A stretch of 64,000 nt of DNA from Eledone cirrhosa (Eukaryota). Every line of letters starts with the position of its first letter. The stretch's first letter is position 1. Positions 39,850 through 53,484 of the stretch are shown piece by piece. The position numbers were made by a program, and so were the translations under genes. Where the stretch lies: positions 255,316,001 through 255,380,000 of the forward strand of contig OZ024740.1 in NCBI GenBank assembly GCA_964016885.1, written 5' to 3'. The notes below the pieces were generated by a model that saw nothing but the letters and a program-made list of their open reading frames with translations, made no database searches and was not told the DNA's origin.

Positions 39850-42800
39850 CGATAACGAAGCCTAAGGTACCCACCTTGGTTCCAAGGAGCGGAAACCTCT
39901 CAATATTCGGGCTTTAAGCTCGAATATTCCGAGTTATTTATAAAAACTTCGAAAATATAACTCCCCCCTCCCCTGGAAATTTTCGACCTTGAAACGGTAC
40001 ACAACGTACAGGTCAAAAGATTAAAAAAAACAGCCACTTCAGCTCCCACCACTACTACTATTACTGACACAGACATGTCTGTCGTCCACTCCACTGAATG
40101 TAAAAACAAAACACAAAAACTACCAACATTGTTGCTACTATCACAGAAGGGAGCGGATAACAACACTGTATCACCTCCAAACGACATTACCACCACAGCA
40201 ACAACAACAACCAAGAAAAACAACGACAATAACACCAACAGCCTCAATATAAACACTAATAACGGCAGCAACAGCAACAACAAACAAAACAACAAGAAGA
40301 AGAACAACAACAACACCAACAACAACACCAAGAACGACAACACCAACAACAAGCTCAACGGAGGTGCGACATTTGCAGCAGCCGCAGGCAAAACAAGGCC
40401 CTTTTATAACGTAGATATCAGCGATAAGGAACAACAGTTGGCTCAGGCGTGGAAGTTAATTAAACGGTAGAAGTCCTGGGCCAACATAACCATCCCGGAA
40501 CGAGGCAATAGCAGCCAAAGGAGGGCGGTGTACTTTCGATGCATTTCAGTGCAGACACGCAAAGTAGAACTCGCCAGCTAAGCAGAAGTCTAGGCTACTT
40601 GAAGTGCATCGGGAGTGACATTGAGTATAAAGCAAGGGCCAAGCAGTTTAGTACCATCTCGGTACTGTTCAAAACCGAGGCCCTTGCTATTAAACACTCC
40701 GTGACCCCTTGCAGCACGGGACGCATTATCATGCACCCGTCCTACACGGGTAGAAGGACAGTAAAGGTTCGCTTTCTTAGGATCCCACCAGGAATGAACA
40801 TATGGTGGCTCCTGGGATGCGTAATCGAGAAGGCACAGACACTGCCCTCGTATATATCAAAAAGACAGAGAAAGAGAGAGGACTGGTACAGAAGATTTAT
40901 TTCTGGTGCGAATGTCGCTCGATTCCTACAAAGAAATTCGAGAGAGCTTTCCTCAGGACGTGGGAACCCCGAACGTGAAACCCACATCGAGACTTTTAAA
41001 GGGGTCCCCATGAAGGTCGAATCACCCGACCTTCACAAGACCTCGGGAGGTAAGTAAACCTTCCCTCTCCCTTTTAGTTTGCCAACATGGCCATATTAAG
41101 AGTAGGATGTTTAAATGTTCGTGGCCTGAGGTCACCCTGGAAGCAGGGTCGCCTACTTAACGACCTCAGGTCTCTGTAAATGGATGTGATTGCCGTCAGC
41201 GAGACCAGGATTTCTGAGACATGCGCACTAGCCCCCATTTTCAACGACTATCAGATCTTCATATCTGTTAGCAGGCCGGGAATGGGAGGTGGGGTAGCAG
41301 TACTCTTTAGGAAAGGCCTGGATCTCGAGGTAAAGTCGATCTTCCGGGACCCGGACCGTAAGCTGGTGGTCCTGGATGTGAACAATAGCGAAGGTGGGCG
41401 TCTACGCCCCTACTGCGGCCCCTACTACGGCCGGACAACCGGACTTCTTTAGGCGTCTGGAAGTCTTTCTGGGTACGTCTCGTCCTTTACTGTTAGCGGG
41501 GGACTGGAACGGCATCTTAGAGGCACACTGTGTGCGAGTATCCGATAGGAGTTTCAACTGTCTGACAGGTACCGACTAGATTTCTTCAATGCGCCAGTGT
41601 GGACGTGGACCAACCGTATAGGGTAATCTAGATCGTATATATCAGGATCTTCATTAGGAAAATAGATAAAACTAGTGTAGGCTGCCCACTTTTTAAAACG
41701 GTCGCCTATTCAGATCATAAATTTATGTTCTGCATAGTCGACCTAGATAAAACGCGTAGGTTAGGACCTGGTTACTGGAAGGTGAACATGTCATTTCCGG
41801 CATGTAAGGCTTACAGGGACCGAGTCAACAATTTAGTTAAGAAAAAGTTGACAGGGGGGGATCGTCAACAACAGATGGTGGGGGGCTCTCAAAAATGAGA
41901 TTAGAGTAAATTCGATAGGGTTTAGCAAAAGAAGTAGCGTTAGAGAAAAATAGAAAAGGAAGGGGAGCTGGTAGATAAGTTACACGAGACTATTGGTAGT
42001 GGCATTACAACTGACGTGCGAGCGGCGAGAATGGCATTAGACCATTTCTTCAATGCGAAACACGAAGGTTGCATTGTCAGAGTTAAGGTGCGTGCTCTGA
42101 GAAACGAGGGAACCAAAGCTGTTCGAAGGGCCCGCGTGGCGGAGGCGCAGCGTGGTAATAAAACCACAATTCGGTCTTTGGCGGACCGAGACGGACACGA
42201 GATAAGCGATTCCAAGCGGATGTGTGAGGCCTTTCGGCAGCACTTTACTCGGTTGTTCGGGGAGAGTGGCGAGTCAGAGAGAGTAGCGGATTTCAGTCCC
42301 TACCTTGACGGCTTGCCGCGCATCTCGGCGGTCGACGCTGAGCGCTGCGAAAGGCCGATTACTTCAGCACGAGGTGCAAGTCACCCGAGCTTTACGTAAA
42401 TATGCCAGACTTGTTCTCCGATCTCTCGGAAGCGTTCTCCTGCAACTGGCAGCAGAATGGGAGTACCGCCAGTTCTGTGAGCAGGGGAGCGGTGACACTG
42501 ATAAAGAAAAACGAGAACAAGAGGGATACATTAGACAACTTCAGGCCCATAACTCTGCTCAACACAGTGTTTAAGATTTTGGCCAAGTTATTAGCAAAGA
42601 GATTGGCGCTTGTCGTCGAGGATTCTATGACAACCTCCACCTCATGCAATACGTCATAGAGAGGGTGGAGTGTAAACCTGGCTTCGGTGGGGCACTGATC
42701 AATTTAGATCAATCGAAAGCATTCGATAGGGTCGACCATCGGTATCTGGAGGCTGTCCTCAAAGCAGCTGGTTTCGGCCCTATCTTCAGAAGCTGGATTG

Positions 42801-42860
42801 CAGCAATGCACAGCGGCACCTGTTCGGTGGTCAAGGTTAATGGCCACCATCGGAACCGTT
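39850..42860 (+). mobile_element. Tx1/L1-clade LINE, 5' portion (ORF1 + APE endonuclease + N-terminal RT), decayed and 3'-truncated
   Basis: ORF2 from ATG 41087 reads MAILRVGCLNVRGL...VIAVSETR...LLAGDWN...SDHK...GPGYWKVN (APE), then NFRPITLLNTVFKILAK and LDQSKAFDRVDH (RT). It has several stops and frameshifts. An upstream ORF1 remnant lies at 40075-41057. The 5' boundary is approximate. Confidence 0.9.
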
Positions 42861-43254
42861 TCGGGTCTCCTGATCAGCGTGTTTTCGTTCTTCTTCCAAA
42901 ATCACTTTCCCCACGGATAAAACACTCGCTTTGCCACAGATGTACACATCGGTTACCTACCGCAATTATCTACAACCAATACGCATCATCAACATCATTC
43001 ATTCTTCTGCTACAGTAAGAACTTCAACTCGCAATCACGCACGTAAATGTACCGTTACAGATATATCTATATTATATGTATGCTAGCGATATCTATGTTA
43101 TTGCTAGAAGTGTCCTAGATGTTTCGGCTGCTCAGTGGTCTTCCACAAACATGGCTATTCTAAACGTCGTTCTCAGGAAGATTTTGTTAGTTCAGTGTGT
43201 AACAAGACTGGCCCTGAAATTTAATCTACAATTTATTTTTGTCAGTTGTGTAGA

Positions 43255-43745
43255 CTGGTGGTTGTTGTTGTGGTTGTGGTTGCGACGGTAGCTGATGGGG
43301 TGATGGTGGTGGTGGTTGTGGCTGTTGGGGTTTCGATGATTATAGTTGTGGTTGTAATGGTTGCGTTGTTGCTGGTGGTGGCGGTGGTAGTTGTATTGGT
43401 GACAACGGTGAGGCTAGATATAGTGATGGCTGAGGTGATGCTGGTTGTAGGGGTAGAGGCAGCTGTGGTGGTGTTGGTGTGGAGGGTAGTGGTGGCCTCT
43501 GCGTTGTTGGTGATAATAGGGGTCCTGGTTATCGTGTTGTAGGGGTGATGATAGTTGTGATTGTGGTGTTAGTGATAAATATGGTGCTAGTTATGGAGGT
43601 GGTGGTTGTTGAGATGGTAGTAGTCGCAGTAATGGTGGTGGTAACAAATGTGATGCTTGTTGTGAAGATAGTTGTCGCTGTGGTGCTTATTATTGTGGTA
43701 GTAGTGGTTGAGGTGATGCTGGTTTGTGGGGTAGTGTGTGTGTGA
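43255..43745. repeat. Degenerate (GGT/GTT/GAT) low-complexity tract
   Basis: G/T-rich trinucleotide-like sequence giving spurious poly-Val and poly-Thr ORFs. Confidence 0.85.
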
Positions 43746-43958
43746 GAAAGATAGAGAGAGAGCATGTAAGTGTATGTAGGTGGGAAGGACCCCCGTCTAA
43801 TTCGACGACGAGTGTTGCAGTTGTTCAATTAAACACTAAACCACTGGCCCCACAGTACGAGTAGTGATGACTGTGGTGACAAGTAAAGAAATGAAGTTGC
43901 CCGTCTAGAGGAAGAAGGTGAGTTAAGAGCCGCACAGTAAGTGTTAGTAGTGAGTAGT

Positions 43959-44087
43959 GGGGCGGGATTTGACGTCACTGAGAGTGGGTGACTTCAGTAA
44001 ATAGGGGTAGGTAGAGGTGGGTAGGTGGATGCTCGTTAACAGGACATTAGAGCAGTCAACTCAACACCCTCGTTTTAGGTCACGTGG
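43959..44087. promoter_or_regulatory. Promoter/enhancer-like motif cluster (GC box, CRE, E-box)
   Basis: GGGGCGGGA at 43959, TGACGTCA at 43970 and GTCACGTG at 44079, within a short unique island. Confidence 0.3.
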
Positions 44088-44228
44088 CGGCGTTTATACG
44101 AAATACAGGGGCATGGATGTATGTGTGTATGTGATATAACTAATTTTCTCTTATATTTATGTATATTCATACATCTCATCCCGCCTCATACACACACACA
44201 TACACACTATATATATATATACACACAC

Positions 44229-44271
<43 letters not shown>

Positions 44272-44625
44272 AGTAAATGGCCCCATAAATAATGTTCCAC
44301 GCACATCGCAGCACACACTCTTCTCCACACAGAAAAGATACTTAACGTCTTAAACAAACGTTTGCATATAAACCTTCCGGTGTGTTGGAGAGAGAGGGAG
44401 AGAGGGGGGGGGGAGAAGTAGGTGAATATGTAGGATGATGAGGTGATGAATAGGGTGGTGTCGGGGTGGTGTCGGAGGTGGTGCATCAGCAGTATACTCA
44501 CGTGCAAACGTCTGCACTGACACACTCAGCAGAATTGACAAACAGCATAGAACATACGTCGATGCAAATTTATCCATATTTTAGCGAGTGTGTATAGGCG
44601 TGTGTATTTTTAAAAGCATGTAAGC

Positions 44626-44666
<41 letters not shown>

Positions 44667-44886
44667 ATATGTATATATACATGTATATACATATATAATA
44701 CGCACACGCACGTAAATACACACATATGCACGCACATAAATACATGTGCATGTGTTTTGTATGAATATGTTTATATTGATGGGTGTATATGTGTATATGT
44801 TCATTTTGTATGTTTATATAAATATATATATGTAATATAAATGTACATACGCACACACACACGTACACACATGCGTATATATACAT

Positions 44887-44950
<64 letters not shown>

Positions 44951-44980
44951 ATATTTATATTTGAAGCATTGTATATAATA

Positions 44981-45198
44981 TATAATGTAGAAAGTGATAT
45001 ATGTAATAAGGCTAAACAATGCAAAATGGCCGGTAAGGTGAGGTAACGAAAAAGTTAGTTACCTGGTAAACTTTGTTTTTGTTGTTTCTTTCGTCCTAAA
45101 CAACAAAAACAAAGATTTCCAGGTAACTAACTTTTCAGTTACCTCACCTTACCGTCCATTTTTCATTGTTTAGCCTTATTACATATATCACTTTCCAC

Positions 45199-45205
<7 letters not shown>
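44981..45205. repeat. Fold-back inverted repeat (about 105-bp arms) flanked by (TA)n
   Basis: aatgtagaaagtgatatatgtaataaggctaaacaatg... is mirrored by ...cattgtttagccttattacatatatcactttccacatt, with a few mismatches and a loop of about 10 nt. Confidence 0.92.
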
Positions 45206-45239
<34 letters not shown>

Positions 45240-45622
45240 GCATACATATAAAGAACTTCGTTTTCAAATATAAAAACTGGAGGGTGTAGGTCAAGAAGTT
45301 ATAGCTCAAAATACGGTAATTTATTATAATAAACTATACATAGTTGCGTCATATACAGACACCGCCTATATATGTGTGTGCGTGTGCGTGTTTGTGTGTG
45401 GGCATATATATATATATATAACAATATATATAACAAAGCAAGTGTGGTAAAGTACCAGGTGGACCATAACGCACCAGAGTACTCGATATTTAGAATAGTA
45501 GAGTGTGTAATAGTTATTATTAAGTTGAAACTTTACCGGAGGGTTCGAAGCTCGATGCAATGGGGCTCACGCAGAGCTGATATATAATGTTTATAAATAG
45601 CACCAAAGAATCAATACCTTGT

Positions 45623-45773
45623 TAAACTAACACGTGTTTCAGCCGCTAGAACTTCGTCCCGACGTTGTATAGTTACATAAATAGAAATTTAGAATAATTT
45701 CTTTTTAAATTTACTTATGGTTTTAAACTGAGACTATCGGGAATGGGTTCAAAATCGGTATCATCAGAGTTTA
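45623..45773 (-). ncRNA. Type I hammerhead ribozyme motif with a 120-nt stem/loop II region
   Basis: Minus strand: stem I taaact / agttta, core CTGATGA, 120 nt, GAAA, cacgtg, TT. Confidence 0.6.
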
Positions 45774-45932
45774 TTTTCACACATTATTAACTCATATATA
45801 TATATATCAATTACAATGATGACAACATCAACAAATTATGGACAATAAGAATTTCAAATAGGATGCAAAATAAATAAACAAACACTCAATATACTTAATT
45901 CAGGAATATGTTGGACTCTAGCTATTCCAAAT

Positions 45933-46120
45933 CGGTGGATTGGCAGTATCGGTAGAAGGTCGGACGCCATGCTTTCCAGCATAGTTACGTCCCTTTACGA
46001 TCTGAGTTCAAATCCCGCCGAGGTTGTCTTTGCCTTTCATCCTTACGGGGTCGATAACATAAAGTACCAGTAATGCACTGGGTAATTGCTGGCCTTGTGC
46101 CTGAAGTAGAAACAATTATT
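45933..46120 (+). mobile_element. tRNA-derived SINE
   Basis: A-box-like tggcagtatcgg, B-box gagttcaaatcc, body ...gcctttcatcc...gtcgataa...agtaccag...ccttgtgcct...tagaaacaatt. Fragments recur at 46576-46620, 55555-55616 and 58531-58561. Confidence 0.8.
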
Positions 46121-46379
46121 AATAACTTTTCTGTATGTCTTTTATTTTTCTAAAAACCTTTTCTCAGAGCTTTATCACGGAGAAATTGCATCTTATCATG
46201 AATATGAGAAGTCTCTCACAAAAAATAATACATAACACTAGCGCAGACACCATAAACCAACGACATTTAAATTGACTATAGGTGATATTGTCTCACTTTT
46301 AATATTGTTAACGTATATCTGTCTATAATTTGTTGATGTCGGCATTTTTGTAATTGATATATATATACGAGTTAATAAT

Positions 46380-46560
46380 ACGTGAAAATAACACCGATTT
46401 TGAACCCATTCCCGACGGTCTCAGTATAAATAAATTAAAAAAAAAATTTTTTGCAAAACATTTTTTTAAAGAATTTTAAAATTTCTAATTATGTAACTAT
46501 ACAACCACGGGACGAAGTTCTAGCGGCTGAAGCATGTGTTAGTTTAAAAGCGTATTGATT
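46380..46560 (+). repeat. Inverted, core-deleted copy of the 45607-45780 hammerhead-bearing element
   Basis: ccgattttgaacccattcccga and gggacgaagttctagcggctgaa match the reverse complement of 45607-45780. CTGATGA is missing and GAAA is changed to GAAG. Confidence 0.8.
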
Positions 46561-46888
46561 TTTTGTTGGTTTTTATGCCGAGGTTGACTTTGTCTTTCAT
46601 CCTTACCGGGTCGATAAAATATATATATATATATTTATAAGTCGTTTGGAAGCCTCGACAATGCAAATAGGTAAATCTCCGGGTAACAAGGTCCGGTGGT
46701 GGAGAGAGAGATATGTAAGTGGGTGTACGTTGAGATGCGTGGTGTGTATAAGATGTGTGAGATGTGAAGAATGAAGGGAAGAGTAAAAGAATAAAAATAA
46801 TAATAACAACACAAGAGAGAGAGTTACCTTGGGAGAGATTTAATAGTCCCTATATATTTCGGATTCACATCCATCAACTGGGGTTTTT

Positions 46889-48980
<2,092 letters not shown>

Positions 48981-49092
48981 TATTAATATATATATATATA
49001 TATAAATATATATATATACATAAACAATTTCTTTGGCTGCTGACTGTCGAGTGTTTTAGTGAGGTTATAATAAGGTTTTTAATCTTAAATAA

Positions 49093-49139
49093 CTGATTTT
49101 GACAAATCCCAGGAAGGGGACGAAACGCTGGTAAATCAG
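49093..49139 (+). ncRNA. Degenerate type I hammerhead
   Basis: ctgatt-TTGACAA (mutated core)-atccc...gggac-GAAA-cgctgg-TA-aatcag. Confidence 0.5.
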
Positions 49140-49216
49140 CATTTGATGTAAAATCGTATTTGGTGTCTATTTTAATGTATGTATATATATATATACACAC
49201 ACATATATATATATAC

Positions 49217-49309
<93 letters not shown>

Positions 49310-49313
<4 letters not shown>

Positions 49314-50171
49314 AGTATGTATGTATACGTACATACATATATGTATACAGACGTACAGTAGCATGCATATATATATATATATTTATATACATATATACAT
49401 ACAGGTACACATACATATATGCACGCATCAGTTTAGCGGACGCTTATTATAACGCCGCTTTGTTCGGCTGTTCAGTTTGTTTACAAACGAACAAAGCGGC
49501 GTTATAATAAGCGTCCGCTAAACTGATGCGTGCATATATGTATGTGTACCTGTATGTATATATGTATATAAATATATATATATGCATGCTACTGTACGTC
49601 TGTATACATATATGTATGTACGTATACATACATACTTACATTTAAGTAAGTGCCATACTAAGAGTGAGAAATGAAATTTCGTTTTCATTTTATTTCAACC
49701 TATCGTTTTCGGTATGCCTGACCGATTTAACTCACTCAATATGCAAATTAGGCTGCTCAGCCGTTAATTTTCATAAGGAAAGTATATACTTTCGAACGTT
49801 CAACTATCTGGCAGATGGGTATACGGTGCTGATGATAGCTAACAAGCTTGAAACTAGTACATCGTTCCTGTGTCAGTGTTGAACAAAAAGGTGACGTAGT
49901 TGCCTTAACACCGTATGGCATAAATTCAGGCTGTTCAGTTTGTTTACAAACGAACAAAGCGGCGTTATAATAAGCGTCCGCTAAACTGATGCATGCATAT
50001 ATGTATGTGTACCTGTATGTATATATGTATATAAATATATATATATATATATATATGCATGCTACTGTACGTCTGTATACATATATGTATGTACGTATAC
50101 ATACATACTTACATTTAAGTAAGTGCCATACTAAGAGTGAGAAATGAAATTTCGTTTTCATTTTATTTCAA

Positions 50172-50175
<4 letters not shown>
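49310..50175 (+). mobile_element. Non-coding hammerhead-bearing element: 1.5 tandem copies of a 463-bp unit preceded by an inverted partial copy (retrozyme / PLE pLTR-like)
   Basis: ggctgttcagtttgtttacaaacgaac occurs at 49466 and 49929. 49310-49465 is the reverse complement of about 49489-49640. The element is flanked by (TA)n. Confidence 0.8.
49823..49865 (+). ncRNA. Minimal type I hammerhead ribozyme
   Basis: acggtg-CTGATGA-tagct aaca agctt-GAAA-ctag-TA-catcgt. Confidence 0.8.
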
Positions 50176-50267
<92 letters not shown>

Positions 50268-50306
50268 ATCCAGCCTCTATAATGTTCGGCAGAGGTCGGC
50301 GAGTAC

Positions 50307-50352
50307 TAAGCTCTGATGAACACCAACAGTGTGAAACAGATCTGTCAGCTTA
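50307..50352 (+). ncRNA. Type I hammerhead ribozyme (intact core)
   Basis: taagct-CTGATGA-acac caaca gtgt-GAAA-cagatctg-TC-agctta; GUC cleavage triplet. Confidence 0.9.
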
Positions 50353-50623
50353 TCTCCGTTCCTTTGCTGAAAAAAGAAGTAAGTGACATAGTCACTACTT
50401 TAAAATAATAGCGCAAGGTCTTCAAAATGTTCTTAATTAAACATACAGTATATCACCAAATATACTATACATACATTCATGTATACATCGCTATTTCAGA
50501 GCACCAACCCGAATTTTTAATTTTTGCTGGACCGGCAATCGCTCTGTATAATTAGCTCCTGAATATTACTGGAATTCTATAAGAATCCAGCTTCTATAAT
50601 TTTCGGCAGATGTTGGCGAGTAC

Positions 50624-50669
50624 TAGGTTCTGATGAACACCAACAGTGTGAAACAGATCTGTCAGCTTA
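50624..50669 (+). ncRNA. Type I hammerhead ribozyme (second copy)
   Basis: taggtt-CTGATGA-acac caaca gtgt-GAAA-cagatctg-TC-agctta. The stem I changes give G-U wobble pairs. Confidence 0.88.
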
Positions 50670-50971
50670 CCTCCCTTCCTTTGCTGAAAAAAGAAGTAAG
50701 TGACATAGTCACTACTTTCAAATAATAGCGCAAGGTCTTCAAAATGTTTTTTAATTAAACATACAGTATATCACCATATATATATTTGGAAAGGGAGTAA
50801 GGTTCTATACAAAACGGGTTATAGAGAAAATGTGGTATTGGAAATAGCACGGAAAAAATATTTAAGTATCTTCTCTTTTTCGTCTTTGATTCTTCAAAGT
50901 GACGTAATTGAAAAAATGAGAGGGACAATTCTTTTAAAAAAAGAGTTCTATATTATATATAAAATACATAA

Positions 50972-51019
50972 AATATAACCGGTTTCGATGTATCAGTGAA
51001 ATCCATCTTATCAAATGTT
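50972..51019 (-). ncRNA. Degenerate type I hammerhead, probably in the 3' region of the minus-strand PLE
   Basis: Minus strand: aacat-TTGATAA (mutated core)-gatg...catc-GAAA-ccgg-TT-atatt. Confidence 0.5.
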
Positions 51020-51340
51020 GAGTATTACAATTAAAAATAATTAAAAATTGAAGATTTAAAGTTAAGTGTTGAGGCAGATTTCTTCATCTGTCTTGATGAG
51101 AAGAAGACTGGATCTAAATTGAAATCTTGTATATATATAGAGAGAGGTAGTCATAGTAGTAGTTGTGGGTGAGAGAGGTAAATGGAATTGGCAAAAGTAG
51201 GGTTGTAAAAGAAATTCTATTTTTGGAATATGGTTATAGAGAGTATGAGTGTATATGTGTGAGAGTATATATATAAAAATACACACATATGTGTATGTGT
51301 GTGTGTGTGTGTGTGTGTGGAAGTGTGGTGTGGTGGTGGT

Positions 51341-51396
<56 letters not shown>

Positions 51397-51518
51397 TTAG
51401 TTTGTTTGTCTTAGGTATTTTTGTGGTGGGAAATTAAAAAACTGGCCAAAGCATCAGTGGTGGCTTTCAATCAGAAATTTTGGGAAAATATGTGTGAGCA
51501 AAATCTTTTTTTATTTCA

Positions 51519-51577
<59 letters not shown>

Positions 51578-51699
51578 TGTGCGCGTGTATGTGTGTGTAT
51601 GTGCGTGTACGTGTGTGCGTGTGTGTGGGGGGGTGAGCGAGAGAGAGAGCGAGGAGGAGAGAGAGTGAGAGAGAGAGGGGGAGAGTGAGAGTGAGAATC

Positions 51700-52770
51700 T
51701 AATGGGGGCGGATTACATATCTGATTTTGGTTTAAATCTGTTAATAAATAGTTTTTCTTTATTTATTATTTGTTGTTGTGTGAAAGAATCTGAACAATTA
51801 TAGGGTTATTCCTGCACAATCTGCAATGTGGCTGCTTAAGGTGATTTTTCTTGTGTTTACGCCTAAGATTTGTTGGCGATGGATGGTCATTCTTTTGTTT
51901 CATTAAACACACCCGTCTGTCCTATGTAGTTATATCGACAGCCACCACACGTGATTATGTAGGTCAGGTTCTCTGAGCTGCAAGTGAATTTGTTTTTCAC
52001 TGTAAAAGTTTGGCCATCTTTAAATGTGAATTTTTGTCCTTCAATTAAGTATAGGCATGTGCCACAGTTTGTTCTTCCGCATTTTGTTGCCGTAGGGTTG
52101 GAAACTTGTTTGTGTATATTTGTTCCAGTGAAAATGTGTTTCAGTGATTTGTGTTGCCTTTTAGTTTTAATAATCTTGTGTGTTTCTAGGATTCTTTCAT
52201 TTTTTCATTTTTAAATAGAATGGGGAGGTTTTTGTGTAGGTGTTTCTGGGGTTGAAGGTGGATACATATGGGAAGTTATTGTTCGTGGTTCTGGGCTTTT
52301 GATTGTTAAGTTGATGAAAATTTACGTGTTTTGCTCTGTCTATTCCGTTAATAATTATGTCAAGTGGGAAGGCTCTTAAGGTAAGTGTGTTTTTAGTTCA
52401 TTTAGTCTTTGTTCCTGTTTAGTTGAGTCTTATACTATGGTGCATATATGTTTGGCTAAGTTAAAAGGAATGTTATGTTTTGTATGTTCTGGGTGATTTG
52501 ATGTGAAGAGGTACTGTTTGGAGTCCGTGGGTTTATAAAAGATGTTTGTTTCTATATTCCCATCTGTTTTTAAAATAAGGATATCCAAGAAGGCTAATTC
52601 ATTGTAGTTGGATTCCATTGTGAATTGTATCTTATTGTTAATGTTGTTTATCATATTTTTGAAAATAGTGAGTGTGTTCATGTTTTCATGCCATAGTATA
52701 AAGCAATCCTCTAGGTATCTCTTCCAATTATTTTTGAGATGTGTAAAGAAAGAGTCTCTGATAAATATAT
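51700..52770 (-). mobile_element. Penelope-like retroelement fragment (RT C-terminus + GIY-YIG), decayed
   Basis: WKRYLEDCF, IQFTME, LAFLDI, FYKPTDSKQYL, NHPEHTKHNIPFNLA; further on, ITCGGCRYNYIGQTG (about 51955-51912). Confidence 0.9.
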
Positions 52771-52842
52771 ATCTATATAATCCTCCGCCGATGATTTCCC
52801 CCGTTAGTCCTAGCCATGCGGTCTTTCTGATTTTTTGGAAAC

Positions 52843-53484
52843 CAGTGTTGAACAAACAGGTGACGATCGTGCCGGGCACGACACAGCTTCAAATCAGGCC
52901 GTTTGTTTTCAAACGAATCGAATATTATTATTAATATTTGATATAACCCACACGTACATATGTATATATGTGTGTGTATGTATATATATATATATAGGTG
53001 TGTTTATATGTATGTGTGTGTACGTGTGCATGCTTACATTTATGTATCAGCTGTGCTAGGGCGAGAAATAAAATTCTAATTTTAGTTTTAATATTCCACA
53101 AGGCCAGTCGTAACTCGCTTGGTATGCAAATGAGGCTACTCAGCCGATATGTACTTAAGAAAATACTATATATTTTCTACCGTTCAACAGACTGGCAGAG
53201 GTATACAGTCCTGATGAAGGGTAATGACACAGAAACACGTTGATTGTTCCTCAAAGTCAGTGTTGAACAAACAGGTGACGATCGGTCACCGGCACAACAC
53301 AGCTTGAAATCAGGCCGTTTGTTTACAAACGAATCGAACATTATTATTAATGTTCGATATAACCCATACGTACATATGTATATGTATATATGTGTGTGTA
53401 TGTATATATATATATATGTGTGGGTGTGTATTTATACATGGGTGGGTACGCGTGCAATACTTACATTTATGTATCAGCTGCGCT
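52843..53484 (+). mobile_element. Non-coding hammerhead-bearing element: 1.5 tandem copies of a 415-bp unit, homologous to 49466-50175
   Basis: cagtgttgaacaaacaggtgacgatcg occurs at 52843 and 53258. Shared blocks with the 49.7-49.9 kb unit include atgcaaat.aggct.ctcagccg and cgttcaac...ctggcaga. Confidence 0.8.
53205..53247 (+). ncRNA. Type I hammerhead motif (stem II decayed)
   Basis: acagtc-CTGATGA-agggtaatgacaca-GAAA-cacg-TT-gattgt. Confidence 0.65.

Larger units (their letters stand above)
50267..50776 (+). mobile_element. Retrozyme-like tandem element: 1.6 copies of a 317-bp unit, two hammerheads
   Basis: aatccagc...tcggcaga starts at 50267 and 50584. The element is flanked by (TA)n and has no meaningful ORF. 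Confidence 0.85.

Noticed and set aside
45933-46020. tRNA gene
   Set aside because: The A/B boxes belong to a SINE head; no complete cloverleaf is present.
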